Positions 34,496 through 44,338 are shown, counted from the stretch's first letter. The stretch: 64,000 nucleotides of DNA from Verrucomicrobiota bacterium (GCA_016871535.1 VHCZ01000004.1:13801-77800), one strand, 5' to 3'. Numbers and translations: made by a program. Notes: a model not told the origin generated them from the letters alone.

Positions 34496-37400
34496 TCAAT
34501 TGTTCGTCAGGAATTTGAGCAACTCGATTTGTTCGCGTGGATTGAGCGACTCCAGCAGCCCTTCCGGCATCAACGATTTCTCGCTCGGCGATCTCTGCGC
34601 GATTTCTGCTTTGGAGACCACGACCTGGTCCGTGGTGGTCCGGATCGTGAGCGCGCTCGGGGATTCGTTGATGAGCAGGCCCGAGACGGTGTCGCCGGCT
34701 TTGGTCTCGATCGTGGTCACTTGAAAATCCGTCCCCACCACGGCGTCGGGATCGATCACGTTCTCCAAAAAATAGCGGATTCCATTCTTGCCCGCGCTGG
34801 TGAGTTCGGGGCCGACGCGCGTGCCTTCGCCGCGAAGGACATGACATTGCGCGCAGAGTTTCTGGAAATGCTGCCGACCCGCGCCTGCGTCGTAAGCCCA
34901 GAGCGGCGCTTCATTGAAAATCTTCTCCTGCCGCGCGATCTCCAACTGTTTCTCTCCCGGACTTTGTTGAATCCTGCCCCAGACCGCGCCGACGCGCTGG
35001 TCCACTTCCGCGTTGCGCAAATCCGTAAGCTGGCGGACATGGAAAGCGGACAGTTGCTCGCGCTTGAACTGGCCCGAGGCGACCGCATCCAGCAAAGCGA
35101 GTGCGAACGAGGGACGGCGAGTCAGCGCGTTCATCGCGGCGGCCCGTTCGGGAATGGAAAACGTTTCGAACCGCCGCAGGATGGCTTCCGGAATTTCCGG
35201 CGCGTCGAAGCGGGCGAGGAGATTGAGGGCCTGGGCGCGCAAACTGGCGCCGTCGAGCAAACGCAGAAATGCCGGCAGCGACGCGCGATCTTGCGCGCGG
35301 CTCAAGACGGCGAATGCGTGCCGGCGCCACTCGGCATCTGCGTTTGCGTCGGCCAGAATTTCGCGGAGACGCGGAAACAGGGATGCGTCGCCAAAAACCG
35401 CCGCAAGCCGTTCCGCCTGGCGGTGCGCGCGCGGATCGTCGCTCGTGTAGAGTTTCGGCGCCACTCTGCGCCAGGCTGCCGGCATCGGCACGTTCGGCTG
35501 CGTTTCCATCGCCAGCGCGATTCCGATCAAGCGCCGCCGCAACGCGTCGCCCTGGAGTTTTTCGAGCGAGGCGACGACGCGATTCAACGCTTTGCCTCCG
35601 AACGTGGCGGCATACCAGTAGATGTAATCGCCAAGTTCAGGCAAGGGCGACTTCGCGGCGATGGCGAAAGCACGGTCGGGATTTTTCGGCATCCGGGCGG
35701 CGATTCCATGCCAGAGAAGGAAAGGCAAGTTTCGGTCCTCGCGATCTTCGCCGCGTCGCGCCAGGGCTTCCGCGATTTGCCACGCAGGCTTGTCACCGAC
35801 TCGCTGAATCGCCGCAGCGAGGTGCAGGCGAACCACAGGCGACGCATCCTCATTCGCCAGGCGAACCAACTCGCGCTCCACCACAGGTTTCATCTCGCGA
35901 TCGGTCCAGAGTCGAACGGCCCACGCGCGCACAAATTCATCCGGGTCCTTCCACGCCGCTTGGGAAAGTTCGAGGGAAAATCGGCCCACCGCGTTTGCCG
36001 CCCAGAGACCCCGTAGCCGCTGCGCCGGCGACGGGTCAGTCTTGGCCAGCTCGACGATGCGTTCGATAGCTTGCGGATCTTTGGGAAGCGAGTTGACATA
36101 GCGCTCGTGCAAGAGCCGCTGCGCCATCCGTGCGAACCACGCGTTCTTGTGCCGCAGCAGTCCGACCAGTTCCAGGTCAGTCATTGCGGCGAGGTTTACT
36201 TTCTTCGGCTTGTAGGTCGCGTCGTATTGGATGCGATAGATGCGGCCGTTTCCTCGGTCCCAGCGTTCCGTGTTCGGATTGTGGCAATGCTGCTGGTCGT
36301 ACCAGTCGATGGTATAGACCGCCCCGTCCGGGCCATACTGCAAATCCACCGCGACATATTTTGGATCGCTGCAAAAGAATTGGTCGCGGCCCGCGTGGAC
36401 GGTCTCGAACCCGGAGCCGAGCCGTTTGTTGACTTGATGATTGATCTGGTGGCCGCCGAGGTTGTGGGTGAACAGGTGCCCGCGAAATTCGTCCGGCCAG
36501 TTGTCGCCCAGATAAATCATCGTGCCGACGTGGGAATGCCCGCCGTAAATCGCGTCGCTGCCGCGCACGCCCGCGCCTCCCGCGCCGTGATCGTAACGGG
36601 CCGAGGCGAGCAGGTAGTTGCGGTAGCCGGGAAAATCCTCCGGCGGATTGGCGATGATGAACGGCGCGTGATTCGCGTTGGCCTGATTCCAGTAATGCCC
36701 GCCCTGGACGACGTGCGTGGTGCCGCCGCGACCCCAGTAGCTGCGGCAGTGCGTCATGAACAGTTGGCCGCGCTCATCGTAATCGAGTCCCCATTGATTG
36801 CTCCCGCCGTGCGCGAACACCTCGAACTGACGCGTGACCGGATGATACCGCCACACCCCCGCGCGCAATTCGGTTCGCCGCGAGTCCGGCGCGCCCGGCT
36901 TGCCGATGTGCGCGGTGTTGAACACGCCTTGATTTCCATAAAGCCAGCCGTCCGGTCCCCAGAGAAAACTGTTCAAACACTCGTGCGTGTCCTGATAGCC
37001 AAAGCCATCGAGCAACACTTGCGGCGGGCCGTCTGGAACGTCGTCGCGATCGCGGTCGGGAATGAACAACAGCTCCGGCGCCGCGCCCACCCACACGCCG
37101 CCATAACCCACCTCAAAACCGGAGACTAGATTCAAGCCCTCGGCAAAAACTTTGCGCGTCTCGAATTTGCCGTCCCCTTCGCGGTCCTCGAAGATCACGA
37201 TCTTGTCGAGGCCTTGTCCGGCGGGCCGCTTGGCCGGGTACGAGTAAGCCTCCGCAGCCCAGATGCGGCCGCGCTCATCGAAAGCGAACGCGACCGGCTG
37301 GTGCAAATCCGGCTCGGCCACGACCAGTTCGGCGCGGAAGCCCTCCGGCAAATACATCTGCGCGACCGTCTGCTCCGGCGGCGTGCGCGGCGGCACCGGC

Positions 37401-37561
37401 ATGGGGTTGGGCTTGAGATGCTGGAGGACCGGGCTGGTCCTGAGGCGTTCGACCTGTGGCAGCGGCGGCTCGGCGCGAAGCACGGTGCTCAGAACGGCGC
37501 CGGCAATTGCCGCGGCGGTGAGGATGGAATTTGGCGGGAACTTGGATTCGTTGGATCGCAC
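34496..37561 (-). CDS. PVC-type heme-binding (CxxCH) protein with membrane-bound-dehydrogenase-like propeller and HEAT repeats
   Basis: C-terminal FQKLCAQCHVLRGEG cytochrome c motif, HEAT-like middle and an N-terminal glucose/sorbosone-dehydrogenase-like region. Proposed start is the GTG at 37561, ahead of signal peptide SILTAAAIAGAVLS. The ORF to 37732 runs through RepB. Confidence 0.85.
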   Translation of the reverse strand: MRSNESKFPPNSILTAAAIAGAVLSTVLRAEPPLPQVERLRTSPVLQHLKPNPMPVPPRTPPEQTVAQMYLPEGFRAELVVAEPDLHQPVAFAFDERGRIWAAEAYSYPAKRPAGQGLDKIVIFEDREGDGKFETRKVFAEGLNLVSGFEVGYGGVWVGAAPELLFIPDRDRDDVPDGPPQVLLDGFGYQDTHECLNSFLWGPDGWLYGNQGVFNTAHIGKPGAPDSRRTELRAGVWRYHPVTRQFEVFAHGGSNQWGLDYDERGQLFMTHCRSYWGRGGTTHVVQGGHYWNQANANHAPFIIANPPEDFPGYRNYLLASARYDHGAGGAGVRGSDAIYGGHSHVGTMIYLGDNWPDEFRGHLFTHNLGGHQINHQVNKRLGSGFETVHAGRDQFFCSDPKYVAVDLQYGPDGAVYTIDWYDQQHCHNPNTERWDRGNGRIYRIQYDATYKPKKVNLAAMTDLELVGLLRHKNAWFARMAQRLLHERYVNSLPKDPQAIERIVELAKTDPSPAQRLRGLWAANAVGRFSLELSQAAWKDPDEFVRAWAVRLWTDREMKPVVERELVRLANEDASPVVRLHLAAAIQRVGDKPAWQIAEALARRGEDREDRNLPFLLWHGIAARMPKNPDRAFAIAAKSPLPELGDYIYWYAATFGGKALNRVVASLEKLQGDALRRRLIGIALAMETQPNVPMPAAWRRVAPKLYTSDDPRAHRQAERLAAVFGDASLFPRLREILADANADAEWRRHAFAVLSRAQDRASLPAFLRLLDGASLRAQALNLLARFDAPEIPEAILRRFETFSIPERAAAMNALTRRPSFALALLDAVASGQFKREQLSAFHVRQLTDLRNAEVDQRVGAVWGRIQQSPGEKQLEIARQEKIFNEAPLWAYDAGAGRQHFQKLCAQCHVLRGEGTRVGPELTSAGKNGIRYFLENVIDPDAVVGTDFQVTTIETKAGDTVSGLLINESPSALTIRTTTDQVVVSKAEIAQRSPSEKSLMPEGLLESLNPREQIELLKFLTNN

Positions 37562-37633
37562 AACATCCGAATACTGAAGCCGGCCCGCTTTGTCAAAAGC
37601 GTTGCCTGGGCCAGCAATTCTCAGTTTGACCCC

Positions 37634-37718
37634 GGTAGGGCGAGCCCGTCCCGGCGAGCCGTGGCCGGCGTATTGGGAACACGTTGGAGGCGGCTCGCCG
37701 GGACGGGCTCGCCCTACC
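37634..37718. repeat. RepB palindromic element
   Basis: GGTAGGGCGAGCCCGTCCCGGCGAGCC-31 nt-GGCTCGCCGGGACGGGCTCGCCCTACC. Confidence 0.75.
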
Positions 37719-37736
37719 GGGGAAACGTTCATCTAA

Positions 37737-38006
37737 GGGTCTGTGCAAAAATAAATTCCGGTTTTGCTGGAGGCGATTTCGCTTTCTGGCGAGGCACGAC
37801 GAAGGAGCATAGCCAGGGCTCTGCGACTGAGGAGAAACGAAGCCAGAAAGCGAAATCGCCCCAGCCCTCCGGGGCCAGGCGGGGCATGGCCGGCTGCGGC
37901 GTTGCTCGTCGGTCACAGCCCCAAAACGGGGATGCTCCCTCCTCGCGCCTTGCATCCGGCCAGGCGGCGCTCCCGCCAAAACCGGAAGTTATTTTTGCAC
38001 AGACCC
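37737..38006 (+). mobile_element. MITE-270 copy 1 (non-autonomous element, TAA flanks)
   Basis: 270 bp. Ends GGGTCTGTGCAAAAATAA.../...TTATTTTTGCACAGACCC. TAA at 37734-37736 and at 38007-38009. Internal 19-bp perfect inverted repeat at 37772-37790/37842-37860. Confidence 0.8.
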
Positions 38007-38236
38007 TAAGGGAGAGGCGTGGTCGGCGAGGGCGCCGACCACGGCACGCGAGGCGCGTGCGGTCCCCGAGACGGAAATTGTCTGCTTGTGTGAAGGGGGC
38101 GGCTGGCGTATTTAGATACCCGCGCAGTTCGGGTGCCTCCGTTACGAAAGCCGAAACGCCCGCGAGACGAGCAGGCGCATACACAGGAACCAGGGGCGAG
38201 CTAAGCTAAACCGCAAGTTAACAAAGCGACAAGACT

Positions 38237-39208
38237 ATGAGTGCCACCAGCAATCTCTTAAGCGAACTCAAACAGCACAGCATTATCGTCGCTGACACCG
38301 GCGACTTTGAGAGCATCCGGAAATACCAGCCGCGCGACGCCACGACCAATCCCAGCCTCCTGTTCAAGGCCGCTCAGATGCCCGAATACCACGAGATCGT
38401 GGATCGCGTCCTGGCCGACGCCAAGCAAGGCTCCGCTCCAGCGAGCAAGACCCTGGAGATCGTGCTCGACAAACTCGCGGTGGCCTTTGGCGTCGAGATT
38501 CTGAAAATCGTCTCGCACCGCGTTTCGACCGAAGTGGACGCGCGGCTGAGCTTCGACCTGCCCAGCTCGATTGAGAAAGCGCGGACGCTGATCGGCTATT
38601 ACGAGAAGGCCGGCATTACCAAGGAACGCATCTTGATCAAGGTCGCCTCGACCTGGGAAGGCATTCAGGCCGCCAAACAACTGACCCGCGAGGGCATCCA
38701 TTGCAACCTGACCTTGCTCTTCTCATTTGCCCAGGCCGTCGCTTGCGCGGAAGCCGGAGTGCAGTTGATCTCGCCGTTCGTGGGCCGGATTTTGGATTGG
38801 CACAAGAAATCCACGGGCAAGGATTATCCGCCGGCTGAAGATCCGGGCGTTCGGTCCGTGACGCGGATTTACAATTACTACAAGAACTACGGCCACAAGA
38901 CCGAGGTCATGGGCGCGAGTTTCCGGAACGTCGGCGAGATTCTCCAACTGGCTGGCTCCGACCTCCTGACAATCAGCCCGACGCTGCTCGAAGAGCTGCA
39001 AAAGACCAGCGGCACGGTCGCGCGCAAGCTCAGCCCCGAAAGCGCCGCCGCGTCCAAAGAGCCGAAGATTTCGCTGGACGAGAAAGCCTTCCGCTGGATG
39101 CACAACGAAGACCAGATGGCGACGGAGAAACTATCCGAAGGGATCCGCCTCTTTGCCGCCGACACGGTCAAGCTGGAGATGTTCATCGCGGAGAAGCTCA
39201 AGGGGTAA
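38237..39208 (+). CDS. tal: Transaldolase (TalB type)
   Basis: [43 protein letters not shown] (Schiff-base Lys), [11 protein letters not shown]. Confidence 0.95.
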   Translation: MSATSNLLSELKQHSIIVADTGDFESIRKYQPRDATTNPSLLFKAAQMPEYHEIVDRVLADAKQGSAPASKTLEIVLDKLAVAFGVEILKIVSHRVSTEVDARLSFDLPSSIEKARTLIGYYEKAGITKERILIKVASTWEGIQAAKQLTREGIHCNLTLLFSFAQAVACAEAGVQLISPFVGRILDWHKKSTGKDYPPAEDPGVRSVTRIYNYYKNYGHKTEVMGASFRNVGEILQLAGSDLLTISPTLLEELQKTSGTVARKLSPESAAASKEPKISLDEKAFRWMHNEDQMATEKLSEGIRLFAADTVKLEMFIAEKLKG

Positions 39209-39214
39209 TCAGAC

Positions 39215-39793
39215 TCAATGCAACATCGGGTGCGGGTTGGGGCGCCGGATGAGTTCCGCATCCAGGTCGAGATAGAAGTCCAGCCGCCCGTCCGTCTCGG
39301 CCCCGTCGATTTCCCGCGCCATCAAGATGTAGGTGGCGTAGTGGTTGCCTTCCGACTCGACCAGGCTCGCGTAAAACTGCGCCAGTTCGGGGTCCACAGC
39401 CTTCAATTCGCGCGCCAGAATTTGGAACTTCTCGCAGCTCCGGCCTTCGATAAACGCGGCGCAGATCAGGTGATCGATCACCTGCGGGCGGACGCCGCTG
39501 CGGATGCTCTGCATCAGGCCGGAGATCCATGGACTGTGTTGCGGCTGGCCGAAGGGAATGCCCCGCCGCTTCAGCAAATCCAGGACGAGTTGGAAATGTT
39601 GCAGTTCCTCGATCGCAATCGCGTTCAGTTGCTCCACTTTGGGATAGAGCGCCCGGTACTTTTCGAGGTTGAGCGCGCTGGAGGCGGCTTTACGTTCCAG
39701 ATGGGCGTGATCCACCAGAACGTCGGGCAAGCCGCCCAAAACTTTCGGCAGCCAGTCTGACGGAATCTTCTCGCGGAACAGGAGCATGACCAC
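39215..39793 (-). CDS. miaE: tRNA-(ms2io6A)-hydroxylase
   Basis: Ferritin-like diiron motifs: VLVDHAHLERKAASSAL, IEELQHFQLV, IEGRSCEKF, LVESEGNHYATY. Confidence 0.85.
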   Translation of the reverse strand: MVMLLFREKIPSDWLPKVLGGLPDVLVDHAHLERKAASSALNLEKYRALYPKVEQLNAIAIEELQHFQLVLDLLKRRGIPFGQPQHSPWISGLMQSIRSGVRPQVIDHLICAAFIEGRSCEKFQILARELKAVDPELAQFYASLVESEGNHYATYILMAREIDGAETDGRLDFYLDLDAELIRRPNPHPMLH

Positions 39794-39797
39794 TCAG

Positions 39798-39971
39798 CTA
39801 AATACCCAGCCGGTCCCAGCGCCAGTGGCAGGCCGAGAGGCCGTAGATCAAGAGGCAGAACAACGCCAGGGTCACGATCAACAGGAGGATCGGGAAGACC
39901 AGGACGGGAGGATTGCTGGAATGGCCGCGGCGCTTCTTCTTCCGCAGCCATCGTCGAACATGGTTACTCAT
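39798..39971 (-). CDS. Possible 57-aa single-pass membrane peptide upstream of miaE
   Basis: Own translation: MSNHVRRWLRKKKRRGHSSNPPVLVFPILLLIVTLALFCLLIYGLSACHWRWDRLGI*. Basic N-terminus plus one TM helix. Its stop lies 4 nt before the miaE ATG. Below the ORF-track length cutoff. Confidence 0.3.
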   Translation of the reverse strand: MSNHVRRWLRKKKRRGHSSNPPVLVFPILLLIVTLALFCLLIYGLSACHWRWDRLGI

Positions 39972-40150
39972 GACCCGCGATGAACCTCATATTGTGAGAG
40001 AAACATCGAAATCGAACTCTTGGAGAACATTTGTGCCGTCCTCGGCCTTTCCTTCAACTCTGCCGCCCACGCCGGAAAGTTTTTCCTGCAATTAGACGCG
40101 GAAGTCAACGGAAAGGTCTCAAATCGCAAACCGCGTATCCCCTCAGTTAA

Positions 40151-40420
40151 GGGTCTGTGCAAAAATAAATTCCGGTTTTGCTGGAGGCGATTTCGCTTTC
40201 TGGCGAGGCACGACGAAGGAGCATAGCCAGGGCTCCGCGACTGAGGAGAAACGAAGCCAGAAAGCGAAATCGCCCCAGCCCTCCGGGGCGGGGCGGCGCC
40301 TGGCCGGCTGCGGCGTTGCTCGTCGGTCACAGCCCCAAAACGGGGATGCTCCCTCCTCGCGCCTTGCATCCGGCCAGGCGGCGCTCCCGCCAAAACCGGA
40401 AGTTATTTTTGCACAGACCC
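40151..40420 (+). mobile_element. MITE-270 copy 2, inserted into a RepC element
   Basis: 270 bp, nearly identical to copy 1. TAA at 40148-40150 and at 40421-40423. Flanked by the RepC stub CCCCTCAGTTAA (40139-40150) and the RepC remainder (40424-40506). Confidence 0.8.
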
Positions 40421-40423
40421 TAA

Positions 40424-40506
40424 GGCGGAGAGAGGACTCCTGCCGAGCCAATGCCATCGAAGAAAAGCTCCGCAGGAGCGTCGCCCCACCGCCGTTAACT
40501 GAGGGG
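40424..40506. repeat. RepC element (right part; the left terminal stub lies at 40139-40150)
   Basis: GGCGGAGAGAGGACTCCTGCCGAGCC-AATGCCATCGAAGAAAAGC-TCCGCAGGAGCGTCGCCCC..CCGTTAACTGAGGGG. Confidence 0.7.
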
Positions 40507-40567
40507 TCGCCGAATCGCAGAACTTTCCTTGCCAGCACTTCCGCGCTCCCTACACTCCGCGCGCGCA

Positions 40568-42622
40568 ATGGTTGATCTGAATTCGCTGAACCCCGAACAA
40601 CGCCTCGCGGTTGAAACGATCCACGGCCCCGTCCTCATTCTCGCCGGCGCCGGCACCGGCAAGACCCGCGTCATCACTTACCGGATCGCCCGGCTGATCG
40701 AGCGCGGGATTGCGCCGCAGAACATCCTGGGCGTTACGTTCACCAACAAGGCCGCGCGCGAAATGCAGGAACGCGTCGCGAAACTCATGCCGCGCTCCGG
40801 CCAGGGCGCCAGCAAATCAGGAGCCTCGAGCCAGGAGTCCACGGAGGCGCGGCCGACGGTTTGCACGTTTCATTCGTTCTGCGTCCGCGTTCTGCGCCGC
40901 TACATCGACCGGCTCGGCTATAAACGTAATTTCGTCATCTACAGCGAATCGGACCAACTCGGCGCCATCAAAAAGATTCTGAGCCAGATCGCGACGAAGG
41001 GCGAAAAAGCTGATCCGGCTGCGGTGTTGAGTTTGCTGAGCCGTTATCGGAACGGAGGCGCGCGGGCAGCGCCCCTGGCTGACGAGAACGTCGCCGCCAT
41101 GGCCGAGCGCGTGCGTTCCCGTTACGAAACGGCGCTGCACGCGTGTAATGCCGTCGATTTCGATGATCTAATCCTGCTCACGCTGCGGCTGTTTGTGGAG
41201 CATCCGTCCGTGCTGGAAGAGTGCCGCGCGCGCTATCGCTACGTGATGGTCGATGAATACCAGGACACCAACGCCGCGCAGTTTCAGTTGGTGCACGCGC
41301 TGGCCCTGAAGCATCGGAATCTGTGCGTGGTAGGCGACGATGACCAGAGCATTTACGGCTGGCGCGGCGCAGAAATCGCGAATCTGCTCGACCTGGAAAA
41401 GCACTTTCCCGAAGTCAAAGTGATCAAGCTGGAGCAGAACTACCGGTCCACAAACACGATCCTGACCGCGGCCAATGCGCTGATCAAAAACAACGTCCGG
41501 CGCCGCGGCAAACAGCTCTGGTCCGGCAACGGGCAAGGCGCGAAAATCGCGTTGCGCGCGTTCGAGAGCGACGAAGCCGAAGCGCGCGCGCTCGCGGAAG
41601 AGATCGAATTCGCGCGCCAGATTCGGCGGATTCCCTGGTCGGATCAGGCGGTTTTGTTCCGGACGAACGGCCAATCCCGCGCGTTGGAGACGGCGCTGCG
41701 GCAGGCCGACATTCGGTATCATTTGATCGGCGGCCAGAGTTACTTCGACCGGCGCGAGATCAAGGATTTTATGGCCTACCTCAAACTGCTGGTCAACCCG
41801 CACGATGATGCGAGCTTGCTGCGCGTTGCGAACGTGCCTCCACGCGGCCTGAGCGAGGCGACGATGGAGCGTTTGCTTGCGGCCAGCCAGGAGCGGAAAT
41901 CGTCCGTGTACGCCGCCATGTTGAACAGCGCGTCGCAAACGACGCTTCCACCGCGGGCGCAGGAGCGCGTTTCCGGATTTGTGGCGTGGATCGAGCGGAC
42001 GCGAGCCGCGCTGGCCGCGGACCAGAATCTTTCCCTGGCCAATTGGGCGGAGCGCTGGCTGAGCGAGATCGGTTACTTCGACGATTTGCGCCGATCCGAG
42101 AAGGATCCCGATGCGGGCGAGAGCCGCATCCGCAACTTGCGCGATCTGGCCGCCACGCTCGATGGCTCCGGCGGCTCCGAACCTCCGATGGAACGCCTGC
42201 AAACCTTCCTCGAAGACCTGATGCTCGACACGGAGCGAGAGGACAAAGAGCCGGAGGGCAACGCCGTGACATTGATCACGATGCACAGTTGCAAAGGCCT
42301 GGAGTTTCCTCACGTTTATGTTGTGGGCCTGGAAGACGGTCTCTTGCCTCACGCCCGCTCCAAAGAGGAAGGGACCCTCGATGAGGAGCGCCGCCTGTTT
42401 TACGTCGCCATCACGCGCGCCATGGTGACGCTGCGGATCAGCTACTGCACGGGCCGCAAGAAATACGGCCAGAGCCTGCCGTGTTATCCGTCGCCGTTCC
42501 TGAAGGAATTGCCCGAACACCTCCTCGAACTGGCGGATGAGCACGGGAAAAAACCGGTCACGGTCCAATCCGGGAAAGAGATGTTCGCCAATCTGCGCGC
42601 GGCTTTGAAGCTGGGCGGTTGA
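40568..42622 (+). CDS. uvrD: UvrD/PcrA/Rep-family ATP-dependent DNA helicase
   Basis: ATG at 40568. LNPEQRLAVETIHGPVLILAGAGTGKT (Walker A), VMVDEYQDTN, YRSTNTIL, TMHSCKGLEFPHVYVVG, RRLFYVAITRA. Confidence 0.95.
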   Translation: MVDLNSLNPEQRLAVETIHGPVLILAGAGTGKTRVITYRIARLIERGIAPQNILGVTFTNKAAREMQERVAKLMPRSGQGASKSGASSQESTEARPTVCTFHSFCVRVLRRYIDRLGYKRNFVIYSESDQLGAIKKILSQIATKGEKADPAAVLSLLSRYRNGGARAAPLADENVAAMAERVRSRYETALHACNAVDFDDLILLTLRLFVEHPSVLEECRARYRYVMVDEYQDTNAAQFQLVHALALKHRNLCVVGDDDQSIYGWRGAEIANLLDLEKHFPEVKVIKLEQNYRSTNTILTAANALIKNNVRRRGKQLWSGNGQGAKIALRAFESDEAEARALAEEIEFARQIRRIPWSDQAVLFRTNGQSRALETALRQADIRYHLIGGQSYFDRREIKDFMAYLKLLVNPHDDASLLRVANVPPRGLSEATMERLLAASQERKSSVYAAMLNSASQTTLPPRAQERVSGFVAWIERTRAALAADQNLSLANWAERWLSEIGYFDDLRRSEKDPDAGESRIRNLRDLAATLDGSGGSEPPMERLQTFLEDLMLDTEREDKEPEGNAVTLITMHSCKGLEFPHVYVVGLEDGLLPHARSKEEGTLDEERRLFYVAITRAMVTLRISYCTGRKKYGQSLPCYPSPFLKELPEHLLELADEHGKKPVTVQSGKEMFANLRAALKLGG

Positions 42623-42732
42623 CAAGTAGCGCAGATTTTCTCGTCCTCGTAATCGCGGCAATCGAGGACGAATTTGCCTGGGGTTGACGTACTGACGTAC
42701 TGAGGAGGTCGCAGGATAGGCGACAGTTCCTT

Positions 42733-42864
42733 CCCCCTCACCCCGGCCCTCTCCCCCGGGGAGAGGGAGAATCGTTTGCCGGATTCCGACAAGCTGAGCG
42801 TGGCGGATCGGTCGATACGCCGGTGCAGTTCCCTCTCCCTGAGGGAGAGGGCCAGGGTGAGGGG
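42733..42864. repeat. RepA inverted pair (intergenic)
   Basis: CCCCCTCACCCCGGCCCTCTCCCCCGGGGAGAGGGAG (42733-42769) and TCCCTCTCCCTGAGGGAGAGGGCCAGGGTGAGGGG (42830-42864). Confidence 0.7.
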
Positions 42865-43047
42865 CGGCGTCCAATAACCAAGCGCTGTAGCTTATCCCAC
42901 GGACTGCACAGTAACGTCCGTGCTCAAAAGGCTTGAAAGGCGACGGGCTTGAGTCAAGTTTTCCCCGATGAATCCTGAACTTTTGATCGGCGCGCGGCTT
43001 GCAGCGACGCAGTGGCTTTCGGGGCTTCTCTTGGCCTCGGGACTGGC

Positions 43048-44061
43048 ATGAACGACTTGGATGCCATCGCCAAAGCGCTTATCGCTCCGGGCAAAGGGAT
43101 CCTCGCTGCGGACGAAAGCTTGCCTGCGATCGAAAAGCGATTTGGCGCGGTGAATCTTGCGTGCACGGAAGAGACGCGGCGCGCGTACCGCGACATGCTG
43201 TTTACCACCCCCAGCCTGCACCGGTTCATCAGCGGCGTGATTCTTCACGAAGAATCTCTCCGCCAATCGACCGCCGATGGCGTGGCGTTTCCCGAATGGC
43301 TCTCCAAGCAAGGCATCGTGCCGGGAGTCAAGGTCGATCTGGGCACCAAACCGCTTCCGCGATTTCCGAAGGAACAAATCACGCACGGCCTCGACACGCT
43401 GGCGGACCGTTTGCCCGAATACAGGCAACTGGGCGCCCAATTCACGAAATGGCGGGCCGTGATCGAAATCAACGACGGCCTTCCGACTTCCTTTTCCATC
43501 GCGGCGAACGCCCAGGCGCTCGCGAGCTACGCGGCCATTTCGCAAGAGGCCGGCTTGCTGCCCATCCTCGAACCGGAAGTGCTGATGGCTGGCACGCACT
43601 CGATCGAGCATTGCTACGAAGTCACGGCCGCGACGCTCCGCAGCGTGTTTGACGCGCTGATGGACCACCGCGTCGCGCTCGAACAACTGGGACTCAAACC
43701 GAACATGATTGTGGCGGGAACAAACTGTCCACATCAGCCCGGGCCGAACGAAGTGGCGCGCCGCACGATTCATTGCTTGCGGCGGGTTGTGCCCGCGTCG
43801 GTGCCGGGGATCTTTTTCCTGTCAGGAGGCCAAGCGCCGGAACGCGCCACGCAGCATCTGCATGCGATCAACTCCATGAGCCGCGCGCCGTGGGAACTCA
43901 GTTTTTCTTTCGCGCGGGCGTTGCAAGAACCCGCCTTGAAAGCCTGGAAGGGAGAGCCGGCGGGCGTCGTGGCGGGGCAAAAAGCGCTCTACCACCGCGC
44001 CAAGTGCAATTGCGCCGCCCGCTACGCCAAGTATTCGCCGGAAATGGAGAAGCAGGTGTAG
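43048..44061 (+). CDS. Fructose-bisphosphate aldolase, class I
   Basis: ATG at 43048. GKGILAADESLPAIEKRF, PGVKVDLG, LLPILEPEVL and FLSGGQ match class I FBA motifs. Confidence 0.9.
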   Translation: MNDLDAIAKALIAPGKGILAADESLPAIEKRFGAVNLACTEETRRAYRDMLFTTPSLHRFISGVILHEESLRQSTADGVAFPEWLSKQGIVPGVKVDLGTKPLPRFPKEQITHGLDTLADRLPEYRQLGAQFTKWRAVIEINDGLPTSFSIAANAQALASYAAISQEAGLLPILEPEVLMAGTHSIEHCYEVTAATLRSVFDALMDHRVALEQLGLKPNMIVAGTNCPHQPGPNEVARRTIHCLRRVVPASVPGIFFLSGGQAPERATQHLHAINSMSRAPWELSFSFARALQEPALKAWKGEPAGVVAGQKALYHRAKCNCAARYAKYSPEMEKQV

Positions 44062-44112
44062 AAGCCGACCCTGGAACTCTCAATTCGATCCGTCCGGCCT
44101 CAGCAATTCTTC

Positions 44113-44222
44113 CCATGAACCGTCTCCTCGGACCGCGGCCTTTAGGCCGCTTCAACGCCGAACTCGAGAGCGGGGCCGGAAGCAGCCTGAAGGCTGCGGT
44201 CCGCGCAGTTTTCGGTTCATGG
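44113..44222. repeat. RepE structured repeat
   Basis: CCATGAACCG..GGACCGCGGCCTTTAGGCCGCTTCAACGC..GCAGCCTGAAGGCTGCGGTCC..CGGTTCATGG. Second copy at 46952. Confidence 0.7.
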
Positions 44223-44338
44223 ACCATGTGCATGGCTGCGAGGCCAAGGAAGCTTCCCATAACCCGTAGCCGCCGAGGTAACGAGGCGGAGACTTTGGTT
44301 AACCCGGAAATCCGCCCCCTCACGTCGGCGGCCACGGT

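Noticed and set aside
37764-38009. An 81-aa ORF ([15 protein letters not shown]...) conserved in all three MITE-270 copies, plus the roughly 130-aa ORFs on the opposite strand.
   Set aside because: Conservation is explained by DNA identity of the repeat. The sequences are Arg/Pro-rich with no start context or domain, and the ORFs run through the terminal inverted repeats.
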